This document shows positions 46,042 to 55,078 of a DNA stretch of 61,307 nucleotides, piece by piece (position 1 is the stretch's first letter; each line of letters starts with the position of its first letter). A model generated the notes under the pieces. It was not told the DNA's origin and ran no database searches. It worked only from the letters and a program-made list of their open reading frames with translations. Source of the DNA: Thermoplasmata archaeon (GTDB lineage: Archaea > Thermoplasmatota > Thermoplasmata > Thermoplasmatales > GCA-001856825); NCBI GenBank assembly GCA_049966795.1, contig JBMFTY010000004.1, forward strand, positions 1 through 61,307, written 5' to 3'. The position numbers and the translations under genes are program-made.

Positions 46042-46347
46042 ACCTGGTAAGGCGAAGCGGAGATAAGTTCTTTTGTAGAAGTGCCTAAGAGAAAAGAGCT
46101 CGCTCTAACCGGAGAATCTTCCGCTCTAGCGTTTCACCGTAATTTTGATGAATTCATTGTTCCCGCTTTCGTGTCTGCTACCTTTCGCCTCGAGGTAGTG
46201 GGTTCGCACAATGTCGTACGGGAAAGTATTTCATTTTATTGCGAATGAAGAAATAGAAAGGTTGTAACGATGATAAACTTACCAACCGATCCATTCGCAG
46301 GGCGAAGAGAAGGGAAGAACACATTCTTCTTTCACAAGGGTATCCTG

Positions 46348-46959
46348 ATGATGAGAAGGCTTTTCCTCGTTACATTCATAGCGGAGATGGTTCTTTTTGC
46401 CGTCCTCTCATCAATCAACTATCACAGCGAGCTCCTTGCGCAAAGCCTCTCTACCGAGAGGTCTAACATCGTATCCGGAAACATTCTTTCGATGATCCTG
46501 ATTATCTTTCCCCACAACCTTCTCATAGCGACCGTGGAGTTCGTTCCCATAATAGGCCCCCTCCTCTTTTCAATATCCACGGTTGTTACCTCTCTCACCG
46601 TCGCATCCGAGGCCTTCTTCCTTTACCATACGAGCGGATTTGTTATATTTTCCTCGCTTGTCGTTCTCCCTCACACATGGCTTGAGCTTCCGTCATATGC
46701 GATAGCGGTTTCTGCGAGCATATATCTCATCTATCTGGTGAGCAGGAGAGAACTTCTTGTTCCCTACGGTCACAAGGTGGTGTATATGTATCTCTTCGTC
46801 GTGTTAGAGCTCGCGATAGCGGCTACGTTTGAGTCTGCGGAGATCGCCCTGCAGTCGCGCGGTCTCCTTGTACTGCTAACCTGGATTGCGGCCGTCCCAG
46901 TCATATATCTCCTGATATTGCTCTTCAGAAAGATGAACGAGGATGAGTACGAGAAATGA
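46348..46959 (+). CDS. SpoIIM-like (DUF95) integral membrane protein
   Basis: Start taken at MMRRLFLV (the ORF opens at 46270). Multiple TM helices. HTWLELPSYAIAVSAS resembles the SpoIIM HGxxELPA motif. ATGA overlap with the next gene (46956..46959). Confidence 0.5.
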   Translation: MMRRLFLVTFIAEMVLFAVLSSINYHSELLAQSLSTERSNIVSGNILSMILIIFPHNLLIATVEFVPIIGPLLFSISTVVTSLTVASEAFFLYHTSGFVIFSSLVVLPHTWLELPSYAIAVSASIYLIYLVSRRELLVPYGHKVVYMYLFVVLELAIAATFESAEIALQSRGLLVLLTWIAAVPVIYLLILLFRKMNEDEYEK

Positions 46960-47960
46960 GGCGGGTCAAAACCGACAGGTCAGAAGGTCTCAGGCTGGCC
47001 TATGATACCACTATTGTCACACCTAAGATATCCAGGACTCTCCTCCCGAAGGGTCATGTGATAAGGAGGGAGGATGTTCCTAGATTGAAAGATTCCGGGG
47101 TCTTCGAGGTATGGGTCGAGGACGGCGGGGATGAGGTCCGGGAAGATGAGATTTCAGCCGGGGTTGCAAAAAGGATTTCCGGAGAGAATGTCCTCATAAA
47201 AAGGGGAAAGCACGGGATGTGCACTCTTGTAGCTGCAAAGCCCGGGGTGATTACTATTTCAAGAGGCTCCCTGAGGAAGATAAATGAGAAGGGCAGCGCG
47301 ATGGTGATTCTCAGGAGGAACGGGACTGCGGTCTCTAGGGGGGAGATCGTCGGGGTGGTAGATTCCATCCCCCTTTCATTGAAGAGGAGAGAACTGAATT
47401 CCCTTCTCAGCTCCTGCGAGATAGTTGTCACGGTGAAGGAATTCAAGAGAAGAAGGGTTGGCCTGATTGTTACGGGGACGGAGATATTTGAGGGTAGGAA
47501 AAGGGACAGCTACCGTCGCGTGATAAGGGATAAGTGCTCGAGATACGGCTGGGAAATAATCTTTTCCAGGGTGGCGAGAGACGACGAGGACGATATTAAG
47601 GATGCGATGGAGGAGGCGATACGCAACGGGGCCGAGGGTGTGATAGTTACGGGCGGAATGTCCGTGGATGCAACTGACAGAACTCCAAGCGCCATAGTGA
47701 GTGCGGGCGCCAAGATCATTGCGTATGGCATCCCCGTCAAACCAACAACGATGACCATAGTTGCAGTTCTGAGGGGGGTACCCGTTCTAGGGATATCGGC
47801 AGGCGGGATACACTACAGGAAGCTAAACTCTGTAGACATGATATTCACGAGAATGATGGCAGATATGGTACCAACCAGGAGGGAGATCGCCGATCTTGGG
47901 GACGGTGGCATCACAGATTATTACCTCTCATCCCATCATCCCAGAGAACCTTCGCACTGA
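46956..47960 (+). CDS. Molybdopterin-binding (MoCF-biosynthesis/MoeA-like) domain protein
   Basis: 334 aa. The C-terminal half has VGLIVTGTE...GVIVTGGMSVDATDRTP, typical of MoaB/Mog/MoeA-type MPT-binding domains. Located in a molybdoenzyme maturation cluster. Confidence 0.6.
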   Translation: MRRVKTDRSEGLRLAYDTTIVTPKISRTLLPKGHVIRREDVPRLKDSGVFEVWVEDGGDEVREDEISAGVAKRISGENVLIKRGKHGMCTLVAAKPGVITISRGSLRKINEKGSAMVILRRNGTAVSRGEIVGVVDSIPLSLKRRELNSLLSSCEIVVTVKEFKRRRVGLIVTGTEIFEGRKRDSYRRVIRDKCSRYGWEIIFSRVARDDEDDIKDAMEEAIRNGAEGVIVTGGMSVDATDRTPSAIVSAGAKIIAYGIPVKPTTMTIVAVLRGVPVLGISAGGIHYRKLNSVDMIFTRMMADMVPTRREIADLGDGGITDYYLSSHHPREPSH

Positions 47961-48740
47961 TATTATCTCCGCAATTATACTCACTGCGATCTCCTGGGGT
48001 GTGATGGCCCCGATATCCAGGCCCACAGGAGAGTGTATCGACTTCAGGAATGAATCGCTCACCTTTCCTCTGAGGGCAGAGAAATCGTATTCCGCCCTTT
48101 TTCTGCTCGCCAAAAGGCCTATGTAACTCACGTTCTTCCTCGAGAGCGCCTCAAGAACCTCCACGTCCTTCCTCCCCTTGGTAAGGAGAATTACGAAATC
48201 CCCGGTGCTAAATTCGAAATCCTCTATTCTTTTGGAAACTGGGTCGTACAGAAGATCAGGCTTGTTTTCAGTCATAGGATTGGGGTCTATAAGCACCACA
48301 GTCATCCCCAGGCCCTTACCAAGTGTTACAAGAAAATCCTCTATCTCGTCCCTCCCTCCCTGACCTATTATCACAAGCCTCTGGGGCCTCCTTATAGGAT
48401 CAAGAAAAACCTCCATGGAGCCTCCGCAAAACGTTTCCACGTGAATCTCATCCTCCTTTTCGACCTGAAGAGCCTTCATAGCATCCTTACTATTTTCGAG
48501 AAACACCGTTATCTTCCTTCCCATGCCTGTCCTGAGCACCTCCCTGGCCTTCTCCACTATTATGGAATCTGGGCAGGCCCCACCCAGTGTTCCGTAGAGC
48601 ACCTCCCCCCTCTCCGATATGATCTCCTTGAAGCCAGGCTTGCCCAGGGATGAGCCGGAGGTGGCAACGACGGTAGCTATCACAAAACTTTCCCCCTTTT
48701 TTGCAAGCTCGTAAACAACGTCCTCGAATCTCTTTTCCAT
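47928..48740 (-). CDS. xdhC: XdhC/CoxI-family molybdoenzyme maturation chaperone
   Basis: 270 aa. N-terminal FVIATVVATSGSSLGKPG (XdhC_CoxI domain) and a Rossmann-like LVIIGQGG C-terminal domain. Confidence 0.85.
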   Translation of the reverse strand: MEKRFEDVVYELAKKGESFVIATVVATSGSSLGKPGFKEIISERGEVLYGTLGGACPDSIIVEKAREVLRTGMGRKITVFLENSKDAMKALQVEKEDEIHVETFCGGSMEVFLDPIRRPQRLVIIGQGGRDEIEDFLVTLGKGLGMTVVLIDPNPMTENKPDLLYDPVSKRIEDFEFSTGDFVILLTKGRKDVEVLEALSRKNVSYIGLLASRKRAEYDFSALRGKVSDSFLKSIHSPVGLDIGAITPQEIAVSIIAEIISVRRFSGMMG

Positions 48741-48761
48741 GAATTATGCGTTAGGAGAAGA

Positions 48762-48792
48762 ACGTATAAAGCAGTTGCTAACCATTTATATC
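48762..48792. promoter_or_regulatory. Compact bidirectional promoter (two opposed TATA-like boxes) between xdhC and coxG
   Basis: The 70-nt spacer contains gtataaag (48764..48771, ~27 nt from xdhC ATG 48740 on the minus strand) and atttatat (48784..48791, ~23 nt from coxG ATG 48811). This spacing implies near-leaderless transcripts. Confidence 0.45.
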
Positions 48793-48810
48793 CCGTCATC
48801 ATTGGGTACC

Positions 48811-49245
48811 ATGCAGCTCAGCGGCGAATTCCAGGTTTCACAGAGCAGGGAGGCGGTTCTTTCTTACCTTCGGGATGTATCAAGCGTGATTTCCACCATT
48901 CCTGAAGTGGTATCATCGGAAACGGTGGATCAGGGAAGTGCGAGGGTCGTCGTGAAGGCGGGAATCTCAGCCATCAAGGGTAAGTTCAATGCCCTTATCA
49001 AGATTAGGGAGGTCGGGGATGAAGTCGAGATCACTGCAAATGGGAGCGGCTCCTCAGGCTCAATAAGTATAAAGGCCCTCTTTTCCCCAAGGGAGGAGAA
49101 TGGGATCACGAAGGTGAAGTGGAACGTGGATATGACGGTCGGTGGGATGATTGCAACGATGGGCTCCAGGGTGATAAACGGCGCAGTGGAAAAGTATGTG
49201 AATGCCCTCACCGAATCGTTCAGGAGAAGGATAGAGGGGAAATGA
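48811..49245 (+). CDS. coxG: CoxG-like SRPBCC protein
   Basis: Start taken at MQLSGEFQVSQSREAVLSYLRDV. Typical CoxG N-terminus and length (~144 aa). Confidence 0.75.
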   Translation: MQLSGEFQVSQSREAVLSYLRDVSSVISTIPEVVSSETVDQGSARVVVKAGISAIKGKFNALIKIREVGDEVEITANGSGSSGSISIKALFSPREENGITKVKWNVDMTVGGMIATMGSRVINGAVEKYVNALTESFRRRIEGK

Positions 49246-49814
49246 TTGTCTCAGGAATCCTCCTCGCAGCAGGGAAGTCAAGCAGATTCGGGAGGGAGAA
49301 GCTTCTCGAATCCATGGGCGGGAAGAGGATGATTGAGTGGAGCATGGAGGCGCTTCGCATCAGCGAAATTGAAAGGAGGATCGCAGTTGTTCCTCCCTCA
49401 CTGGGGGATGTGGTGTCGGAAGATTTTCATGTGCTTCTGAACGAAAAACAGGAGCTTGGAATCTCTCATTCCATCCATCTCGCTGTCTCATATGCCAATG
49501 AAAGCAATGCGATTCTTTTTCACCTTGCGGACCAGCCGTTCGTCGGTCCTGATGTCATGAGAAAGATGATCTCCATCTTTCTAAAGAATGATCGGAAGAT
49601 AGTTGCAGCAGCTGTGAACGGAGATCCTAGGAATCCCATGGTTTTCCCGAGGAAGTACTACGGGGATCTTCTTTCCCTCAGCGGGGACAATGGGGCGAAG
49701 AGCGTTGCTATGTCACATATCTCAGATGTTTTGATGGTGGAGGTGGATGAAGCGACCCTCATGGATATTGATACCGTGGGAGACCTGGAGAAGGCGAGAA
49801 CGCTCAGGGGATGA
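49242..49814 (+). CDS. mocA: MobA-like NTP transferase, molybdenum cofactor cytidylyltransferase-like
   Basis: Start at MIVSGILLAAGKSSRFGREKLL (ATGA overlap with the coxG stop at 49242..49245). LAAGxSxRxG nucleotide-binding loop and a DIDT motif near the C-terminus. Confidence 0.8.
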   Translation: MIVSGILLAAGKSSRFGREKLLESMGGKRMIEWSMEALRISEIERRIAVVPPSLGDVVSEDFHVLLNEKQELGISHSIHLAVSYANESNAILFHLADQPFVGPDVMRKMISIFLKNDRKIVAAAVNGDPRNPMVFPRKYYGDLLSLSGDNGAKSVAMSHISDVLMVEVDEATLMDIDTVGDLEKARTLRG

Positions 49815-51846
49815 TCTCTTCCTGCCTCACCGGAGTTCTCCTGAGCCTCTTTCCAGATGCAACCTCAATTGCCCTGATCAGGGCAGGCGGAACGCCTATT
49901 GTCGGGGATTCTCCAAGACCCTTTGCCCCATGTGGCTCCCCCGACCTCGTTTCCTCGTACATCACATCGAAATTCGGGAGCTGATCGGCCCGGGGGACCC
50001 CGGCATCAGAAATGCTGGAAGTGAGAAGCTGCCCCTCCTCGTTGTAAACAACACTCTCATAGAGAACCTGTCCTATCCCCTGGGCCATGCCTCCCCTTAT
50101 CTGACCAATGACCATATCGCTGTTGAGGGCCCTCCCAACGTCGTAATACGCCCTGCACTCCCCTACCTCCACCTGGCCAAACTCATCTATCTTGGCCGTT
50201 GCAAGATTTGCACCGAAGGAGTTCAACTGCCCTTTCCTCTGCTCATTCACGTAGCGGTCCCATTCGCCCGACAGCAGGAGGTCAGGCGAATATTCTCCGT
50301 GTTTCCTTGTCACATCCTCCTTTATCTTCCTGCAGGCTGAAACAAGGGCTGCACCCCCCACTATGGCAGACCTGGAACCCCAGGTGCCAACCCCCTCATT
50401 TATCATCCCGCTGTCTCCCCTGTAGAGGAAAACGCAGTCCTCAGGAACACCGAGTTCCTCATTCACCAGGCTCTTCACCCAGAATTCGTGCCCCTGGCCA
50501 TGGCTGTTCCCTCCGAGCCAAACGCTCACCTTTCCGTCCTTCACGATCACCCTAGCTGTCTCACCAGGATACACCGCGGGAACGAGGACGAAGAATGAGA
50601 ATCCAGCATTCCTCTCTCTCTTCGATACTTCTCTGTATCTAAGATTCCTTATGGCCCTCTCGAGGAATGGCCTTGAAGGATCGATCTCAAGTCCAACTGG
50701 GGAAACGAACGGCTTTTCCGATGTGTTTGCCAGCCTCACGTCGACGGGATCCATGTGAAGCACGTCGGCGAGAAGGTCTACCATCCTTTCAATGAAGAAG
50801 GCCGCCTCAGGCCTTCCTGCACCGCGATAGGGGCCTAGGGGAACCTTGTTCGTCAGGACGGTTTTGTAATTCACGAATGCCTTTTCAATGTGATACGGCC
50901 CGGTTATCATGGAAGAGATGTAGCGTGAGGCGAAGATGCCAATCCCGGTTCCGTATGCACCTGAGTCCACGAGCACCTCGCCCTTCAGCCCCCTTATCCT
51001 GCCCCCTCTATCGGCGAATATTTTCATCCTCGCCATGGCACCCCTTCCCTGGTTCGTGGATGAGAGGTGCTCCCTCCTCGTTTCTATCCATTTCACGGGT
51101 CTTTTGAATTTCATCGATGCGTATGAAGCTATGACATACTCAGGATACAGTCCACCTTTTGAACCGAAGGCACCGCCGGTATCCATCTGCATGACCCTTA
51201 TCTTCCCCATATCCAGACCGATAACCCTGCTCAGGCCAGACTTTATGCTGTAGACCGATTGGGTGGATATCCATACGTTGAGCATCGAACCGTCAAAGCT
51301 TGCGACGATCCCCCTGGGTTCAATGGGATTGGTCGCAATCCTCTCGTTCACAAGGACATCCTCAAGGACAATGCCTTCAGGATCGCCGAATTCATTCCCC
51401 AGGAAGCCTGAGGCTATCACGTTGCTTCCCATTCCATCATGGATAGGTGGTGATTCAAGGGCCTGCTCTATGGTCACGACCGGTTTCAGAACATCATATT
51501 CCACTTCCACGGATTCCAACATGTCTTCCGCCTTGTACCTGTCTTCTGCAAATACTGCTGCAACAGGTTCGCCGACATAGTTCACCCTCCCCGCGGCGAA
51601 GACAGGCTGAACGGCTACCTGCGCGCCTGGCGTAGCCCCCTCGCCAAACCACGCCATCTTCCATTTAAGATCATTGAAATTGAGCCCACCCTTCAAGCTC
51701 ACTATCCTTGCCCTGGCATAAGGGCTCCTCACGATTGACATGTGGAGCATGCCGGGAATCTTTATGTCATCAACGAAATGCCCCTTTCCAGTGACCAGGG
51801 ACTCAACGTTGTAAATTTTCTCATCGTCCTTGAGATCGAAGGACAT
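49804..51846 (-). CDS. Molybdopterin-binding large subunit of a xanthine-oxidase-family hydroxylase (CoxL form II / aldehyde oxidoreductase-like)
   Basis: Start taken at MSFDLKDDEK (TGATG overlap with the small-subunit stop at 51844..51848). MDTGGAFGSKG, PYRGAGRPEA and GLGESPTIG (catalytic Glu) motifs. It lacks the VAYRCSFR loop of true CO dehydrogenases. Confidence 0.85.
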   Translation of the reverse strand: MSFDLKDDEKIYNVESLVTGKGHFVDDIKIPGMLHMSIVRSPYARARIVSLKGGLNFNDLKWKMAWFGEGATPGAQVAVQPVFAAGRVNYVGEPVAAVFAEDRYKAEDMLESVEVEYDVLKPVVTIEQALESPPIHDGMGSNVIASGFLGNEFGDPEGIVLEDVLVNERIATNPIEPRGIVASFDGSMLNVWISTQSVYSIKSGLSRVIGLDMGKIRVMQMDTGGAFGSKGGLYPEYVIASYASMKFKRPVKWIETRREHLSSTNQGRGAMARMKIFADRGGRIRGLKGEVLVDSGAYGTGIGIFASRYISSMITGPYHIEKAFVNYKTVLTNKVPLGPYRGAGRPEAAFFIERMVDLLADVLHMDPVDVRLANTSEKPFVSPVGLEIDPSRPFLERAIRNLRYREVSKRERNAGFSFFVLVPAVYPGETARVIVKDGKVSVWLGGNSHGQGHEFWVKSLVNEELGVPEDCVFLYRGDSGMINEGVGTWGSRSAIVGGAALVSACRKIKEDVTRKHGEYSPDLLLSGEWDRYVNEQRKGQLNSFGANLATAKIDEFGQVEVGECRAYYDVGRALNSDMVIGQIRGGMAQGIGQVLYESVVYNEEGQLLTSSISDAGVPRADQLPNFDVMYEETRSGEPHGAKGLGESPTIGVPPALIRAIEVASGKRLRRTPVRQEEIIP

Positions 51847-52331
51847 CAGCGCCTCACCACCGCTTCCTCCCCCTTCATAAGCTTTGATGCAAGCTGCACC
51901 GCTTCCACGATTCCCTGGTATCCGGTGCATCTGCAGAGATTTCCAGAGATGTGCTTCCTGATCTCATCCTCGCTAGGATTCTCGTTGTTTCTGAGAAGCC
52001 AGAGGGATGTCATTACCATACCTGAGGTACAGTATCCGCACTGGAGGCCATGCTTCTCCAGAAATGCCTTCTGGACGGGATGAATCTTTCCGTTCTCTGA
52101 AATTCCTTCAATCGTTGTGACATTCCTCCCGTCAGCTTGGACAGCGAATATTGTGCAGGACTTCACGGCCTTCCCATCCAGGAGAACGGTGCAGGCTCCG
52201 CAGTTTGTTGTATCGCATCCTATATGGGTTCCAGTCAACCCAAGATCCTCTCTCAGGAAATGGACGAGGAGCTTTCTGGGCTCAACATCCCTCTCAACAA
52301 GATTCCCGTTGACCTTGATCTTCACCAGCAT
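51846..52331 (-). CDS. coxS: [2Fe-2S]-binding small subunit of the molybdenum hydroxylase
   Basis: 161 aa. GCDTTNCGACTV and CGYCTSGM...CRCTGY cluster motifs. Confidence 0.9.
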   Translation of the reverse strand: MLVKIKVNGNLVERDVEPRKLLVHFLREDLGLTGTHIGCDTTNCGACTVLLDGKAVKSCTIFAVQADGRNVTTIEGISENGKIHPVQKAFLEKHGLQCGYCTSGMVMTSLWLLRNNENPSEDEIRKHISGNLCRCTGYQGIVEAVQLASKLMKGEEAVVRR

Positions 52332-53192
52332 TCAGTTCACCCCTGCATTCTTCTTGGCGTTGATCAGGGCCCTCATCGCCACCCTCCACAGCACCTTCTT
52401 CCTGAAATCAGCAGAACCATAGTAATCCCCCGCTGGATCAGAAGCATCAACGATGAGGTCGCATGCTTCCTGAAGCACATTCTCATCTAGCTCCTTCCCT
52501 ACCAGGAATGCCTCTGCCTTTACTGCCCTGATTGGCTTCGGAGCCACGGAGGTCAGCCCTATTCCCGCGGTCCTCACAACCCCTCTTGAATCAAAGGACA
52601 TCTGGGAGGCAACTCCCGCTATTGAAAAATCCCCTGCGCTCTTCCTCTGCTTCACGTAGCCTCCTCCAGATCTTGCAGCTGCCCCCTCAATTTCCACCTC
52701 CGCCAGCATCTCCCCCTCCTCAAGCACAGTTGTAAAAGAATCCACGATGAAATCATCCGCATTCACCTCTCTTTCTCCCCCAGGCCCCATGATCTTCATT
52801 TTTGCTTTCAGTGCGATCATCACAGCGGGCATGTCGTTCGACGGGTCTCCATGGGAAATGTTCCCCCCAACAGTTCCCATATTCCTGACCAGTGGATCAG
52901 CTATCTGTGAAGCGGCCTCCCTTATTATCCCGTGCGGTATTTTTCCCTTAGATTCAAGCTCCCCGATGGTGACCGCAGCCCCAATCCTGATGTAGCTGCC
53001 AAGGCGAATGTGCCTCAGTTCGTCTATCCTTGTGACATCTATCAAGTGAGGGAACGAAACTATCCTCAGTTTCATGAGGGGTATGAGACTCTGCCCCCCT
53101 GCCAGTATTTTTCCCTCTGGGTACTTCTCAAGAAGGCTGATGGCATCGTTGATATTTCTGGGTGCATGATACTCGAACGCAAGCGGTTGCAT
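52332..53192 (-). CDS. coxM: FAD-binding medium subunit of the molybdenum hydroxylase
   Basis: 286 aa. ILAGGQSLIPLMKLR and GTVGGNISHGDP motifs of the CoxM/FAD_binding_5 family. Confidence 0.88.
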   Translation of the reverse strand: MQPLAFEYHAPRNINDAISLLEKYPEGKILAGGQSLIPLMKLRIVSFPHLIDVTRIDELRHIRLGSYIRIGAAVTIGELESKGKIPHGIIREAASQIADPLVRNMGTVGGNISHGDPSNDMPAVMIALKAKMKIMGPGGEREVNADDFIVDSFTTVLEEGEMLAEVEIEGAAARSGGGYVKQRKSAGDFSIAGVASQMSFDSRGVVRTAGIGLTSVAPKPIRAVKAEAFLVGKELDENVLQEACDLIVDASDPAGDYYGSADFRKKVLWRVAMRALINAKKNAGVN

Positions 53193-53443
53193 TGCACTAT
53201 TAATGGAAATGAATATTTAATGATTGATTTCCTCAAGACCCACTCCCAGTTGCTTGATGCGTTCTTGGATCGGATCGCACATTGCCGGCGCTTCTGATTC
53301 CTTTACCTATCTTCTTGAACGCACCGTCTTTTCGTCTTCTCGTTAAATCGAGAAAGGCAAGGGCATGGTTTCACGTGAGAGATCGATTCTCAACAACCAG
53401 GAGGTTGCGGCCTCATCCAGCTCTTGAAGAACTCTACTTAAAA

Positions 53444-53686
53444 TTATCTCTGTTCCTCCTCAGGCTCGCTCACAATCGCATACCTGTCCGCGTCGAAATA
53501 GAATCTCCTTCCTGGATACTTTGCCTCCAGCTCCGTGATTATTTCAATGATGTCAGACACCTTTTTCCCGCTGTTTCTTTCGAACGTCACGTGAACTATC
53601 AGATCCCTGCTCGTGGTTATGGATTGCAAAGCACTTAAAATCACTTTTCCCATTTCCTCCAGTCTCGAAGCCTTCATTCCTTCCAC
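53444..53686 (-). CDS. Hypothetical small protein
   Basis: 80-aa ORF starting 24 nt downstream of trpB2 on the same strand. No motif recognised. Confidence 0.4.
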   Translation of the reverse strand: MEGMKASRLEEMGKVILSALQSITTSRDLIVHVTFERNSGKKVSDIIEIITELEAKYPGRRFYFDADRYAIVSEPEEEQR

Positions 53687-53710
53687 TATTCATGATGAAC
53701 GCAGCAGCAA

Positions 53711-55078
53711 TCATCTCTCCTGCACGTATTCCGGGACGACGATCTTGTCTGGTTCCCAGTCCTCCAGGAGTCCCTTGTTGAAGTCGTCGTAGGCACTGAG
53801 ATCAAGAAGGCCATGGCCGCAGTTGTTGAATATTATCACCTTGGACTCATTGTTCTTCTTGCATCTCAATGCCTCCTCAATGGCATAGGTGAGCCCGTGC
53901 GCTGATTCAGGCGCTGCGAATATACCCTCCGTCTGAGCAAATATCTTCGCCGACTCGAAAACCTTGCTCTGCGGGTATGCAACGGACCTCACGAACCCCT
54001 CTTTTATGAGAAGTGAGAGGCTTGGCGCCTTTCCGTGATACCTTAGCCCCCCCGCATGTATCGGCGGGTTAGAAAAGAGGTGACCGGTAGTGTACATCTT
54101 CACCAGAGGCGTTTTCTCCGCAGTATCCGCGTAGTCGTACGTGTATTTCCCCCTTGTGGTTGACGGGACTGCAGCAGGCTCAACCGCAACGAAGTCCGTC
54201 CTCCTCTCCCCCTTCATCTGTCTGCTAAGTATAGGGTAGATGAAACCGGAGTAGTTAGATCCGCCTCCGATTGCACCCGTCATGACGTCAGGCTCAAGGT
54301 CGAGGAGCTCCAGCTGCTTCTGAACCTCCAGTCCTATCATCGTCTGATGTGCTAGGGCGTAGTTAAAGGAAGAGGCCAGGAGATATCTGGCGTTATCGTT
54401 GGATAGCACATCGTCCACCGCTTCGCTTATTGCAATGCCAAGGGAGCCAGGATGCTCAGGGTTCTCTGACAGGTACTTCCTGCCTGCCCCCGTGTTTGCG
54501 CTTGGCGATTCCAGTACCTGTGCTCCGTAGGTTTCCATCATTATCCTCCTCCCAGGCTTCTGCCTTGCACTGACCCTCACCATGTATATCCTTGCCTTGA
54601 GACCGAAGAAAGAGCAGGCCATTGCAAGTGCCGAACCCCACTGGCCGGCTCCAGTTTCAGATATTGCCATTTCAATCCCCTGCTCCTTTGCATAGTATGC
54701 CTGCGGTATTGCTGTGTTGGGCTTCATGCTTCCCACCGGGGTGAGATGCTCTGCCTTGTAGAATATCTTGGCGGGCGTCTTCAGATACTCCTCCAGCCTC
54801 CTCGCCCTTATCAGCGGCGTTGGTCTCGGGAGGCGGAGGTACGCATCCAGTACCCTTTGAGGTATGTCGAACCACCTTTCTTCCGAAAACTGCTGGCTCA
54901 CTATCTCCGTCGGGAATAGTCTCTCCATCTCCTCCCTCTTCACCGGCTCCTTTGTTTCAGGGTTAAGCATTGGGTCCATCTTCTTTGGAAGGTCTGGCAC
55001 GATATTGTACCACCTTCTAGGTATCTCCTCCGGGTCGAGGAAGACACCGTAGTTCTTGTCGACAAATCCCTTAGTCAT
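53711..55078 (-). CDS. trpB2: TrpB2-type tryptophan synthase beta-like PLP enzyme
   Basis: 455 aa. The long N-terminal extension, HLTPVGSMKPNTA (PLP lysine region), GAIGGGSN and overall length are typical of TrpB2 rather than canonical TrpB1. No trpA is nearby. Confidence 0.85.
   Translation of the reverse strand: MTKGFVDKNYGVFLDPEEIPRRWYNIVPDLPKKMDPMLNPETKEPVKREEMERLFPTEIVSQQFSEERWFDIPQRVLDAYLRLPRPTPLIRARRLEEYLKTPAKIFYKAEHLTPVGSMKPNTAIPQAYYAKEQGIEMAISETGAGQWGSALAMACSFFGLKARIYMVRVSARQKPGRRIMMETYGAQVLESPSANTGAGRKYLSENPEHPGSLGIAISEAVDDVLSNDNARYLLASSFNYALAHQTMIGLEVQKQLELLDLEPDVMTGAIGGGSNYSGFIYPILSRQMKGERRTDFVAVEPAAVPSTTRGKYTYDYADTAEKTPLVKMYTTGHLFSNPPIHAGGLRYHGKAPSLSLLIKEGFVRSVAYPQSKVFESAKIFAQTEGIFAAPESAHGLTYAIEEALRCKKNNESKVIIFNNCGHGLLDLSAYDDFNKGLLEDWEPDKIVVPEYVQER

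Noticed and set aside
46042-46347. Small palindromes in the MFS/SpoIIM-like divergent spacer (ATGAATTCAT, CTACCT-N9-AGGTAG, TTCATT-N8-AATGAA)
   Set aside because: Each is short enough to occur by chance in a 300-bp spacer, and no adjacent regulator gene suggests a cognate binding protein. I noted them but did not call them as features.
49119-49241. N-terminal 41-aa extension of the mocA ORF
   Set aside because: It lies inside coxG in another frame. The canonical MobA/MocA N-terminus (MIVSGILLAAGKSSRFG) begins at 49242 with an ATGA junction.
49804-51846. Annotation of the Mo large subunit as aerobic carbon-monoxide dehydrogenase
   Set aside because: The active-site loop reads YRGAGR, not the Cu-binding VAYRCSFR of form I CoxL. 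I therefore kept it as a generic XOR-family hydroxylase.
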